This document shows, piece after piece, positions 10,355-19,201 of a DNA stretch of 64,000 nucleotides. Origin of the DNA: Candidatus Omnitrophota bacterium (lineage in GTDB: Bacteria > Omnitrophota > Gorgyraeia > Gygaellales > Profunditerraquicolaceae); contig JAQTQJ010000006.1 of NCBI GenBank assembly GCA_028712255.1, forward strand, positions 44,813 to 108,812, read 5' to 3'. The notes under the pieces were generated by a model that did no database searches, had not been told where the DNA came from, and saw only the letters and a list, made by a program, of their open reading frames with translations. Position 1 is the first letter of the stretch. Every line of letters begins with the position of its first letter. A program made the translations under genes and the position numbers.

Positions 10355-10383
10355 TTGACAAATATTAATGAATATGTTAATAT
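10355..10383 (+). promoter_or_regulatory. sigma-70-like promoter TTGACA-17-TAATAT upstream of the MerR-like gene
   Basis: Consensus -35 with a near-consensus -10, about 25 nt before the RBS GAGGAGG. Confidence 0.5.
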
Positions 10384-10406
10384 TACTTACGTGAGGAGGG
10401 AAAAAG

Positions 10407-10664
10407 ATGACAGTGTTTGGATTCAAGATTCCCCCTGAAGAACCGGTTTATGTAATTAGTGTGGTTTGTAAGCTGGTTGACATTCCTGTTTGGACATTGC
10501 GGCAGCTAGATAAGGCAGGAGTTGTTGTCCCTAAGCGTATTGGTAAAAAAAGCCGGCTTTATTCATTAAAGGATTTAAAGAAACTGGAATATGTGCATTA
10601 TTTGATGGAAAAAAAACGCGTTAATATCCATGGAATAAAAATTATCTTAAGAAAGGAGGAATAA
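10407..10664 (+). CDS. MerR-family HTH transcriptional regulator (HspR-like, short)
   Basis: 85 aa. The N-terminal YVISVVCKLVDIPVWTLRQLDKAGVV matches a MerR-type HTH, and the gene is adjacent to the heat-shock operon. Confidence 0.6.
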   Translation: MTVFGFKIPPEEPVYVISVVCKLVDIPVWTLRQLDKAGVVVPKRIGKKSRLYSLKDLKKLEYVHYLMEKKRVNIHGIKIILRKEE

Positions 10665-10683
10665 AATTTTTTTTACCTATAAG

Positions 10684-10710
10684 TTAGCACTCTTGGGATT
10701 TAACTGCTAA
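10684..10710 (+). promoter_or_regulatory. CIRCE operator (TTAGCACTC-N9-AACTGCTAA), HrcA binding site
   Basis: The left half matches the CIRCE consensus TTAGCACTC-N9-GAGTGCTAA perfectly. The right half has 2 mismatches. It lies directly upstream of a TTGACA-16-TAAAAT promoter and of hrcA. Confidence 0.75.
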
Positions 10711-10792
10711 TTTTATTGACAAAATAGTAAATTGTGTTAAAATTTCTCTCTTAGTAATAATGTAGATAAACCATTGAATTGGAGAGAAATAA

Positions 10793-11527
10793 GTGCGTAC
10801 TGTTGATTATAGTTCCCGCAGGAAGTCGGTATTAAGTTCGGCAATTAACCGTTATATCAAGAATGCGCTTCCTGTTGCTTCTGAAGATATTGCTCAGGAG
10901 TTTGATTTAAGTTCGGCGACTATAAGGAATATATTCTCTGAGCTTGATGATTCAGGGTATTTGAAGCATCCCTATACCTCGGGTGGAAGAATTCCTACAG
11001 GTAAAGGGTATCGTTATTATGTAGATTTTCTCACCCAGCAGATTGAGCTTATGGATGATGAAAAACAGCGTATTTTAAAAGATTGCAGAAAAAAAATGCG
11101 CCGGCTTGAAGACGCCCTGGAAAACACCTCGGAAGTAATCTCTGAAATTACCCACTTTGCCGGAATTGTTTCATTTTTAGAGTGGCAGGAGAAAATGTTT
11201 TATAAAGGGATTAGCCGAATATTGGATCAGCCGGAGTTTAGAGATGTTGATAAAATACGCCTTTTGGTTGGGTTAATAGAAGATAAAAAACGGCTCTTAG
11301 ACATTATTAATCGCGATTTTTCAGGTAAAGTGAAGGTTTATATTGGAAGCGAATTAGGTTTCCCAGAAATGGAAAATTGTTCTTTAGTAGTTTCCAGTTT
11401 TAAGATGAAAGATCAGCCTTCGGGTAGGCTTGCGGTACTGGGCCCGATGCGTATGGAATATAACCATATTATTCCAACTATGGAGTATATCTCAGAAGTT
11501 TTAAGTCAAGTATTGGAAGATTTTTAA
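10793..11527 (+). CDS. hrcA: heat-inducible transcription repressor HrcA (compact, 244 aa, GTG start)
   Basis: HrcA-like N-terminal winged-helix region, followed by grpE-dnaK-dnaJ with CIRCE upstream. Confidence 0.8.
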   Translation: MRTVDYSSRRKSVLSSAINRYIKNALPVASEDIAQEFDLSSATIRNIFSELDDSGYLKHPYTSGGRIPTGKGYRYYVDFLTQQIELMDDEKQRILKDCRKKMRRLEDALENTSEVISEITHFAGIVSFLEWQEKMFYKGISRILDQPEFRDVDKIRLLVGLIEDKKRLLDIINRDFSGKVKVYIGSELGFPEMENCSLVVSSFKMKDQPSGRLAVLGPMRMEYNHIIPTMEYISEVLSQVLEDF

Positions 11528-11532
11528 CAAAT

Positions 11533-12048
11533 ATGGAAGAGAAAAAGAATAATAAAGAAGAGGAAAAGACAGTTACCTTAAAAGAAGCCGAATACCTGGC
11601 GCTTTTAGAAGAAGCAAAAAAAGGCAAAGAGAGTTGGGATAAAATGCTCAGGAATCAGGCTGATCTTGAGAATACGCGTAAACGTATTGATCGAGAAAAA
11701 CAGGAATTTGTAAAATTTGCCAATGAGGGTTTGGTGTTGGATTTACTTAACGTGTTGGATGACCTGGAGCGTTCGGTAAATTTAGCAGAGGCTAGTAAAG
11801 AGGACTTGCCTGCTTTTTTAAAGGGCGTAGAAATGATCCTTGCGCATCTTTATGAGATGTTAAAGGAACATGGAGTAAAACCTATTGAGGCTGAAGGAAA
11901 AAAATTCGACCCCAATTATCATGAAGCTTTAATGCAGGTTGAGAATAAAGATTTACCGGAGCATACAATAATTGAAGTTCTACAAAAAGGATATTTAATT
12001 CATGAGCGGGTGCTTAGAACCGCTAAAGTCAAAGTTTCCAAGATTTGA
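11533..12048 (+). CDS. grpE: nucleotide exchange factor GrpE
   Basis: Coiled-coil N-terminus plus C-terminal GrpE fold (GYLIHERVLRTAKV), between hrcA and dnaK. Confidence 0.9.
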   Translation: MEEKKNNKEEEKTVTLKEAEYLALLEEAKKGKESWDKMLRNQADLENTRKRIDREKQEFVKFANEGLVLDLLNVLDDLERSVNLAEASKEDLPAFLKGVEMILAHLYEMLKEHGVKPIEAEGKKFDPNYHEALMQVENKDLPEHTIIEVLQKGYLIHERVLRTAKVKVSKI

Positions 12049-12075
12049 TACTTTGACTCGTAAAAGGAGGAAAAC

Positions 12076-13998
12076 ATGGCAAAAGTTATCGGTATTGATT
12101 TAGGAACGTCTAATTCGGCGGCTGCGGTTATGGAAGGCGGCAGGCCGGTGATTATTCCTTCGGCAGAAGGCGCAGGAGTTGCTTCAGGTAAGGCATTTCC
12201 GTCTTATGTTGCATTTACCAAAGATGGCACTCGCCTGGTAGGCGAGCCGGCAAGGCGCCAGGCCGCAATTAACGCTGAAGGGACAATTCAAGCGGCTAAA
12301 CGTAAGATGGGCACGGATTTTAAATTCAAGGCTTATGGTAAAGAATATACTCCCCAGCAGATCTCTGCATTTATTTTGCAGAAAATTAAACAAGATGCTG
12401 AAAGTTATCTTGGGGATAAAGTTGAAGATGTGGTAATTACCTGTCCTGCTTATTTCGATGATAATCAGCGTCAGGCAACTAAAGATGCTGGCGAGATTGC
12501 AGGGCTGAAGGTCTTGCGTATAATTAATGAGCCTACGGCAGCATGCCTCGCTTATGGTTTAGAAAAAGCCGGTAAAGAACAAAAAATTATGGTTTTTGAC
12601 TTAGGCGGCGGAACCCTTGATGTTACAATTATGGAGATGGCTCAAGGCGTATTTCATGTTCAGTCAACAAGCGGTGATACTCAGCTTGGCGGCACAGATA
12701 TGGACAAAGTTCTTCTTGACCATATCGTCGGACAATTTAAGCGCGAAACAGGTATTGATTTAATGAGCGATAAAATGGCAGTGCAGAGGGTGCGTGAAGC
12801 TGCTGAAAAGGCTAAGATTGAATTGTCGTCTACTGTTAGCACAGATATCAACCTGCCTTTTATTACAGCTGATTCTACTGGACCTAAGCATTTAACTATG
12901 AACATCACTCGTGCAAAATTAGAGGATTTGGTTGGGCCAATTATTGATCGATGCCGTCATCCTATGGAGCAGGCTTTAGGAGATGCTAAATTAACTGCAA
13001 AAGAGGTTGACCGCATTATTATGGTCGGCGGGCCTACGCGTATGCCTATTGTGCAAAAATTTGTTGAAGATTATGTGGGCAAAAAAATTGAACGTGGTGT
13101 TGATCCGATGGAGTGTGTTGCTTTAGGGGCAGCTGTCCAAGCAGCGATTATTACCGGAGAGGTTAAGGATGTGCTTCTTCTAGATGTCACTCCTTTATCC
13201 TTAGGCATTGAAACATTGGGTGGAGTAAATACTAAATTAATAGAAAGGAATGCTTCAATTCCTACACAAAAGAGCCAGGTATTTTCAACTGCAGCGGATA
13301 ATCAGACGGCTGTTACTATTCGAGTTCTACAAGGTGAACGTCAATTGGCAGATGATAATGTGGAATTAGGCAGGTTTGATTTAGTAGGTATTCCTGCTGC
13401 TCCACGCGGCGTTCCGCAGATTGAAGTAAAATTCGATATTGACCGCGATGGAATCGTGCATGTTTCAGCCAAAGATTTAGGTACTGGTAAGGAACAATCC
13501 ATTCGTATCAGCGCCCCTAAGAAATTATCTAAAGAAGAGATTGATAAGATGGTTCGTGACGCGGAGAAGTTTGCATCTGATGATGCCAAAAAGAAAGAAG
13601 AAATAGAAACCATTAATCAGGCGGATAATTTGGTATATGCTACAGAAAAATCCCTAAAAGATTACGGGGATAAAGTTGGCCAGGCTGAACGGGCTGATAT
13701 TGAGGCAAAAGCTAACGATCTAAAAGCAGCAATTAAAGATAAAAATGTAGATAGAATTAAGAAAGGCATGGAGGATTTAACTAAAGTTTCACATAAGCTT
13801 GCTGAGGAGATTTACAAGCAGGCTGCTGCTAAACAACAGCAATCACAGCAAGGCCAAGCAGGTCCTGGTGCAGGACAACAGGATGCAGCTCAAGAATCAG
13901 GGAATAAGTCTGCCGCAGGCGGATCCGCCTCCGGCGGAAAAGATGAAGATATTATTGATGCTGAGTATAAAGAAGAAGATAATAATGGGAAGAAATAA
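12076..13998 (+). CDS. dnaK: molecular chaperone DnaK (Hsp70)
   Basis: [17 protein letters not shown] and a full 640-aa Hsp70. Confidence 0.97.
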   Translation: MAKVIGIDLGTSNSAAAVMEGGRPVIIPSAEGAGVASGKAFPSYVAFTKDGTRLVGEPARRQAAINAEGTIQAAKRKMGTDFKFKAYGKEYTPQQISAFILQKIKQDAESYLGDKVEDVVITCPAYFDDNQRQATKDAGEIAGLKVLRIINEPTAACLAYGLEKAGKEQKIMVFDLGGGTLDVTIMEMAQGVFHVQSTSGDTQLGGTDMDKVLLDHIVGQFKRETGIDLMSDKMAVQRVREAAEKAKIELSSTVSTDINLPFITADSTGPKHLTMNITRAKLEDLVGPIIDRCRHPMEQALGDAKLTAKEVDRIIMVGGPTRMPIVQKFVEDYVGKKIERGVDPMECVALGAAVQAAIITGEVKDVLLLDVTPLSLGIETLGGVNTKLIERNASIPTQKSQVFSTAADNQTAVTIRVLQGERQLADDNVELGRFDLVGIPAAPRGVPQIEVKFDIDRDGIVHVSAKDLGTGKEQSIRISAPKKLSKEEIDKMVRDAEKFASDDAKKKEEIETINQADNLVYATEKSLKDYGDKVGQAERADIEAKANDLKAAIKDKNVDRIKKGMEDLTKVSHKLAEEIYKQAAAKQQQSQQGQAGPGAGQQDAAQESGNKSAAGGSASGGKDEDIIDAEYKEEDNNGKK

Positions 13999-14015
13999 AT
14001 AGTGCTGGAGTTTAA

Positions 14016-14054
14016 AGATGGTCCCAGGACTTTTTTAATGTTCTGGGACCATTT
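14016..14054 (+). terminator. hairpin between dnaK and dnaJ (AGATGGTCCCAGGAC-loop-GTTCTGGGACCATTT), likely attenuating terminator
   Basis: A 15-bp near-perfect stem with a T-rich loop directly after the dnaK stop. Confidence 0.5.
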
Positions 14055-14072
14055 AAGTTTAGGAAAATAATT

Positions 14073-15236
14073 ATGTCAGTCAAAGGTGATTATTATCAAA
14101 TTTTAGGAGTGCAGAAAACTGCCAGTATCGATGAGGTAAAAAAGGCTTATCGTGAGATGGCGCTTAAGTTTCATCCTGATCGCGTCCCTCTTGATCAAAA
14201 AAAAGAAGCCGAAGATAAATTTAAAGGAATATCTGAGGCTTATGCAGTTCTTTCGGATCCTTCAAAACGGGATCTTTATGACCGTTATGGCCATTCTGGT
14301 ATTGACCAGAAATATGCCCAAGAAGATATTTTTAGAGGTGCTGATTTCAGCAGTATCTTTAGGGAGATGGGTGGAGGTTTTGCAGGAGGCTCAAGCATAT
14401 TTGATGAAATATTCGGTGATTTAGGTTTTGATATTTCAGGTTCTCGGCAATCTAGGCCTGGGTCATCCAGGCGCCGCGGTAGGGATCTGCAAATTGCAAT
14501 TGAAATTTCGCTTGAGGAAGTAGCACAAGGTATTGAGAAAATAATAACGGTACCTCGCTATGAAACCTGTATGAGTTGTTCTGGAAGCGGCGCTAAAAGT
14601 GGAACAAAAAGAACTACTTGCCCACAATGTAGAGGAGCAGGTAAAACAGTAGTTTCAAATGGTTTTTTTCAATTAGCTCAGACTTGTTCACGTTGCGGTG
14701 GTGAAGGCTCAATAATTGGAACTCCTTGTCCGGATTGTCGCGGAGAAGGTAGAGTTAAAGTTACTAAAAAAATTAACGTTAAAATTCCGGCTGGAGTGGA
14801 TAATGATTCTCAACTACGCGTCCGGGGAGAGGGTGAGGCAGGGGTAAATAGCCGAGGAGATTTGTATGTGGTTATAGAAGTCAGGGAACATGAAATTTTT
14901 CAAAGGCATAATAATGATATCACAACTTCTGTTAATATAAGTTTGGCTAAAGCTGTTTTAGGAGGTGAAGTTGAAGTTCCCACTCTAGGGGGAAGATTGA
15001 CAATGAAAGTGCCTGCCGGTACACAACCAGGTAAAACTTTTCGTCTTAAAGGTAAAGGAATACCGGATTTACATTCTCGGGATATCGGTGATGAGTTAGT
15101 GAGAGTAGAAATTGATATTCCCACAAGATTATCTGCTCAGCAAAGGCAGTTAATTGAGGAGTTTGCCCGTCTTAGTGGTGAAGATTTAGGAGGAAAGTCA
15201 AGTTTTACAGATAAATTTAAGAAAACGTTTCGTTAA
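14073..15236 (+). CDS. dnaJ: molecular chaperone DnaJ
   Basis: J-domain with HPD, a G/F region and four CxxCxGxG zinc-finger repeats. Confidence 0.95.
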   Translation: MSVKGDYYQILGVQKTASIDEVKKAYREMALKFHPDRVPLDQKKEAEDKFKGISEAYAVLSDPSKRDLYDRYGHSGIDQKYAQEDIFRGADFSSIFREMGGGFAGGSSIFDEIFGDLGFDISGSRQSRPGSSRRRGRDLQIAIEISLEEVAQGIEKIITVPRYETCMSCSGSGAKSGTKRTTCPQCRGAGKTVVSNGFFQLAQTCSRCGGEGSIIGTPCPDCRGEGRVKVTKKINVKIPAGVDNDSQLRVRGEGEAGVNSRGDLYVVIEVREHEIFQRHNNDITTSVNISLAKAVLGGEVEVPTLGGRLTMKVPAGTQPGKTFRLKGKGIPDLHSRDIGDELVRVEIDIPTRLSAQQRQLIEEFARLSGEDLGGKSSFTDKFKKTFR

Positions 15237-15261
15237 ATAATACATACGCCCGGTGATAGTG

Positions 15262-15308
15262 CACCCCGCGCTAATTGGAATTGCGCGGGTGTCCTCCCGG
15301 TGGAGGAG
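15262..15308 (+). promoter_or_regulatory. leader motif CACCCCGCGC-N11-GCGCGGGTG followed by an RBS-sequestering hairpin CCTCC-CGGT-GGAGG
   Basis: An inverted repeat immediately 5' of the start codon. A nearly identical motif occurs at 56628-56660 upstream of gatC. Confidence 0.5.
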
Positions 15309-15313
15309 ATAAT

Positions 15314-15571
15314 ATGCCTACTTATGAATACGAATGCTTATCCTGCAAGCATAAATTTGAAATTTTGCAGAGTATAACAGCAAAACCTAAGACGAAGTGT
15401 CCGGAATGTGGCAAGAAGCTAAAAAAGTTAATTAGTGGTTCAGCAGGATTTATTTTTAAAGGAACTGGTTTCTACGCTACTGATTATAAGAAAGCAGCTA
15501 AACCTTCAAAAGGCCATGTTACTGCCTGTCCTAAAGCAAGCGAAGGTTGTTCGGGTTGCCCTGGGCATTAA
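15314..15571 (+). CDS. FmdB-family zinc-ribbon putative regulatory protein
   Basis: MPTYEYECLSCKHKFE...CPECG is the hallmark of FmdB/CxxC-x17-CxxC zinc ribbon proteins. Confidence 0.75.
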   Translation: MPTYEYECLSCKHKFEILQSITAKPKTKCPECGKKLKKLISGSAGFIFKGTGFYATDYKKAAKPSKGHVTACPKASEGCSGCPGH

Positions 15572-15582
15572 ATCAAGAATAA

Positions 15583-15637
15583 AGGGGACGGTTCTATTTT
15601 TCCGTCGTTTATATGATGGAAAATAGAACCGTCCCCT
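15583..15637 (+). terminator. long palindromic terminator hairpin AGGGGACGGTTCTATTTT...AAAATAGAACCGTCCCCT
   Basis: An 18-bp perfect stem. It belongs to a repeated palindrome family that recurs at 49907 and 53244. Confidence 0.65.
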
Positions 15638-15689
15638 AGATTTACATTTTTATTGTTTTTGTTGTTTTCTGTGGTAAAATGTTTCCTCA

Positions 15690-16979
15690 ATGACTAAAAT
15701 TAAGGCATTAAAAGCAGTAGTCTATAATCAAGAAAAGATTGGTAATCTTAAGCAAGTTGTCTGCCCACCGTATGATGTAATCTCATCAGACGCTCAAGAG
15801 ATGTTCCATGAGCGTTCACCGCATAATTTTATTCATATACTTTTAGCTAAAGATTCTGCCTCGGATGATAAATATCAGAGAGCAGGAGTAATTTTCCGCC
15901 AGTGGCTTAAAGATGATATTCTTATTCAAGATGAGCGTCCAGCCGTGTATTTCTATGTTCAGCAATATATCATTCGTGGAGAGAAAAAGACTCGTTTAGG
16001 ATTTATTTCTTTGCTTAGGCTTGGAGATGAAAAAGGCTCAGTTGTTTTTGGCCATGAAAACACACATAATGCGGCAAAACTTGATAGGCTTAAGCTAATT
16101 AAGCAGGTAAAAGCCAATCTTAGCCCGATTTTTATAGTCTTTTTAGATAAAAAACGTATTATTCAAAGGACATTCCAGAAATATATTCCTTCTCAAAAAG
16201 CTTTTATTGAAGTCGTTGATGATGAAAAAACTGTGCATAAATTATGGAGAGTTGATGATCCGGCCACACTTAACATAATTGAAACAAGTACTAATGACGA
16301 GAATATGTTTATTGCCGATGGCCATCATCGTTATGAGGTTTCATGCGCCTATCGTGATCTTATGCGCGAAAAACTCAAAAGTCAATTTACCGGCGAAGAG
16401 GATTTTAATTACTGCTTAGCATATTTTACCAATACAGACCCGCATGGTTTGTCTATTTTACCCATTCATCGGCTACTCAAATTAGATGCTACTTTTGATC
16501 TGGATGATTTTATTACTGGCGCCAAAGAATATTTTGATGTTGATCAGGTTAAAGACAGAACTCGCTTCTTTTTTCTTATGGAAAAAGCCGGTTGTACAGA
16601 ACATTTAATAGGGTTATATAAAGATAGGAAGTATTTCCTTTTACGCTTAAAAAATGTAAAAATTTTAGATAAGTTAATTACCGATAAGCCTAAAGAGTAT
16701 AGGGCCCTTGATGTAGCTATTCTTAACTATCTGGTATTAAAGAATATCTTAAAACTCGATTTAAATAATTTACCGAATATAAAATATAGCCCTGATTCAG
16801 CGGAATTTTTAGAAGAAGTAGACAAGGATTCATTAAATATCGCTTTTTTCTTGAATCCCGTTAAAATCGACCAGATTATCAATGTTGCCCTTGGAGGCAA
16901 CAAGATGCCTCCAAAATCTACTTATTTTTATCCCAAGGTTCTTTCAGGCCTAGTGGTTAACAAATTGGAGAAATGCTAG
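15690..16979 (+). CDS. DUF1015 family protein
   Basis: 429 aa. The N-terminal VVYNQEKIGNLKQVVCPPYDVIS matches the DUF1015 family. Confidence 0.6.
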   Translation: MTKIKALKAVVYNQEKIGNLKQVVCPPYDVISSDAQEMFHERSPHNFIHILLAKDSASDDKYQRAGVIFRQWLKDDILIQDERPAVYFYVQQYIIRGEKKTRLGFISLLRLGDEKGSVVFGHENTHNAAKLDRLKLIKQVKANLSPIFIVFLDKKRIIQRTFQKYIPSQKAFIEVVDDEKTVHKLWRVDDPATLNIIETSTNDENMFIADGHHRYEVSCAYRDLMREKLKSQFTGEEDFNYCLAYFTNTDPHGLSILPIHRLLKLDATFDLDDFITGAKEYFDVDQVKDRTRFFFLMEKAGCTEHLIGLYKDRKYFLLRLKNVKILDKLITDKPKEYRALDVAILNYLVLKNILKLDLNNLPNIKYSPDSAEFLEEVDKDSLNIAFFLNPVKIDQIINVALGGNKMPPKSTYFYPKVLSGLVVNKLEKC

Positions 16980-17821
16980 ATATGGCTTTGTTTGGAAAAC
17001 CTAAATATACTATTGTGCGTTTAAAGAAAAAAGTTATGCCCGACGGGTTATGGACAAAATGTGAGGGATGTTCTGAGACGCTTTATAACAAAACTCTGGA
17101 CGATAATTTCAAAGTTTGTCCTAAATGTAATTATCACTTCAGCCTTACCGCATATGAAAGAATTAGCTTATTATTTGACAAGGATAGTTTTTCTGAATTT
17201 GACAATGATATATCCTCAGTTGACCCCTTGGATTTTAAAGGTCCAAAGACCTATAAGGAAAAATTGAAGCAGGATCAGGAAGCTACCGGGTTAAAGGATG
17301 CAGTTGTATCCGGAGAAGGTAAAATTAATCAGAAGAAGGCGGTCGTCGCCGTAACCGATTCACGTTTTATTATGGGATCTATGGGATCGGTAGTGGGAGA
17401 GAAAATAACCCGGGCGGTTGAATATGCTACAAAGAATAAGTTGCCTGTGATTATTGTATCTGGCTCAGGAGGGGGAGCGCGCATGTATGAAGGTATGTAT
17501 AGCCTTATGCAAATGGCTAAAACTTGCGCTGCCTTATCGTATCATCACAAAGCAAACCTACCTTATATTTCCATACTTACTAATCCGACGATGGCTGGAA
17601 TTATGGCTTCATTTGCAAGTGTTGGAGATATAATTATGGCTGAGCCAAAAGCATTGATTGGTTTTACCGGGCCCAGGGTCATCGAACAGACTATCCGGCA
17701 GAAACTTCCGGTTGGTTTTCAGCGTTCGGAATTTTTGCTAGATCATGGGCTTATTGATATGATAGTTGATCGTAAAAAGATGAAGGATATTTTAACTCAA
17801 TTACTTGACTATTTTTGTTAA
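16973..17821 (+). CDS. accD: acetyl-CoA carboxylase carboxyltransferase subunit beta
   Basis: N-terminal C4 zinc finger (CEGC...CPKC) plus the carboxyltransferase domain. Confidence 0.9.
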   Translation: MLDMALFGKPKYTIVRLKKKVMPDGLWTKCEGCSETLYNKTLDDNFKVCPKCNYHFSLTAYERISLLFDKDSFSEFDNDISSVDPLDFKGPKTYKEKLKQDQEATGLKDAVVSGEGKINQKKAVVAVTDSRFIMGSMGSVVGEKITRAVEYATKNKLPVIIVSGSGGGARMYEGMYSLMQMAKTCAALSYHHKANLPYISILTNPTMAGIMASFASVGDIIMAEPKALIGFTGPRVIEQTIRQKLPVGFQRSEFLLDHGLIDMIVDRKKMKDILTQLLDYFC

Positions 17822-17832
17822 TTTTGTATAAT
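17805..17832 (+). promoter_or_regulatory. promoter TTGACT-16-TATAAT at the 3' end of accD, driving a long leader
   Basis: Near-consensus -35 and consensus -10 about 225 nt upstream of the ABC ATPase start. Confidence 0.5.
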
Positions 17833-17839
17833 AATAGAG

Positions 17840-18050
17840 TTTGGGTTTATAAAAGAAAATAAGTTATATTCGGCTTTAATTAGCACCTGGCCCTTATTGG
17901 ATTTGGGCCAGTGTTCGCTGTGGCGAAGAATTGCGCCGGTGTTACCCAGGTTGGTGCGTCGACTCGTAACAAGCTTTAAAATTTTGATACCAAAATTTTA
18001 AAGCACTCGTCGACGTCTCACTAGATAAAAAATCAAGGTGCTCGAGGAGT
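17840..18050 (+). ncRNA. about 210-nt highly structured 5' leader (at least 4 hairpins, including a 60-nt CGTCGAC...GCTTTAAAATTTT-GATACC-AAAATTTTAAAGC...GTCGACG hairpin); candidate riboswitch or regulatory RNA of unknown class
   Basis: An intergenic region with nested perfect inverted repeats between a strong promoter and the RBS (GGAGT) of the ABC ATPase. Confidence 0.35.
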
Positions 18051-18056
18051 AATCAA

Positions 18057-19160
18057 ATGGCTCAGGTAAGTTTAAATAATGTTTGTAAGATTTTTCCGGG
18101 GAATGTCCTGGCGGTCAATAAAGTAAATTTAGGTATTGAAAATAAAGAGTTTATGGTTTTGGTCGGGCCTTCTGGCTGTGGTAAATCCACTACCTTAAGG
18201 ATGATTGCTGGTTTAGAGGAAATAAGTTCAGGGAATATCTATATTGGGAATAAGCAGGTTAATGATGTCCCCGCAAAAGACCGCGATATTGCTATGGTTT
18301 TTCAGAATTATGCCCTTTATCCTCATATGACAGTAGAAGAAAATATGTCATTTGGCCTTCGCCTTAGGCGTATTCCAAAACAGGAGATCATTCAACGGGT
18401 TAATGAGGCTGCCGAAATTTTGGGAATTAAGCGCCTTCTGAATCGTAAACCACGGGAGCTTTCAGGAGGAGAACGCCAGCGCGTGGCAGTAGGAAGAGCG
18501 ATTGTAAGGAAACCCATGGTTTTTTTATTTGATGAACCTTTAAGTAATCTTGATGCTAAGATGCGTGTGCAGATGCGTACTGAAATACATAAGTTACATA
18601 TAAGATTACAGACAACAATTATTTATGTAACCCATGATCAAGTTGAAGCTATGACAATGGGAGATCGTATTGCCGTAATGAAGGATGGAGTGATTTCGCA
18701 ATTAGGTGATCCGATTGATGTATATGACCATCCAAAAAATAAGTTTGTTGCTGGTTTTATTGGTTCTCCTCCTATGAATTTTATGATGGGTAGGATTATT
18801 AAAAAAGAAGGCAAGTTATATTTTGATGAAGGTAAGATCCAGGTTAAACTAGTTGAAGATATGTATAAAAAAATGACTAGTTATATAGGTATGGAAGTAT
18901 TTTTTGGGATCCGCTCTGAGGATATTTACGATAAATTGTTTGTCTCGCAAGCCCCGCCGGAAAATATCGTTAAGGTAAACTGTGAGGTGTTTGAACCAAT
19001 GGGCTCAGAGGTTTATCTCTACCTGAATACGGGTAAACATACCTTTATTGCTCGCGTAGGTGCTCATGATCGTCCACGTGTCAATCAGGAAATGGACGTA
19101 GTTTTTGATATGAGCAAGGTGCATTTTTTTAATAAGAGCACCGAAGAAGCTATAATTTAA
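18057..19160 (+). CDS. sugar-type ABC transporter ATP-binding protein (MalK/UgpC/MsmX family), orphan ATPase
   Basis: Walker A GPSGCGKST, the LSGGERQRV signature, and a C-terminal MalK-like regulatory (TOBE) domain. No adjacent permease genes. Confidence 0.85.
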   Translation: MAQVSLNNVCKIFPGNVLAVNKVNLGIENKEFMVLVGPSGCGKSTTLRMIAGLEEISSGNIYIGNKQVNDVPAKDRDIAMVFQNYALYPHMTVEENMSFGLRLRRIPKQEIIQRVNEAAEILGIKRLLNRKPRELSGGERQRVAVGRAIVRKPMVFLFDEPLSNLDAKMRVQMRTEIHKLHIRLQTTIIYVTHDQVEAMTMGDRIAVMKDGVISQLGDPIDVYDHPKNKFVAGFIGSPPMNFMMGRIIKKEGKLYFDEGKIQVKLVEDMYKKMTSYIGMEVFFGIRSEDIYDKLFVSQAPPENIVKVNCEVFEPMGSEVYLYLNTGKHTFIARVGAHDRPRVNQEMDVVFDMSKVHFFNKSTEEAII

Positions 19161-19201
19161 AGCTTTTAAAGCTTTAAAGTTTAGCTCAAGTAAAGCGTCT
19201 T

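Noticed and set aside
10793-11527. HrcA truncated by an in-frame stop or frameshift
   Set aside because: The ORF runs cleanly into the grpE RBS and there is no following ORF with HrcA C-terminal similarity, so it looks like a compact HrcA and not a disrupted one. I cannot verify that without ortholog alignment.
17878-17915. Second CIRCE element suggested by TTAGCAC at 17880
   Set aside because: Only the left half-site is present, with no GAGTGCTAA partner 9 nt downstream. I treated it as part of the structured leader.
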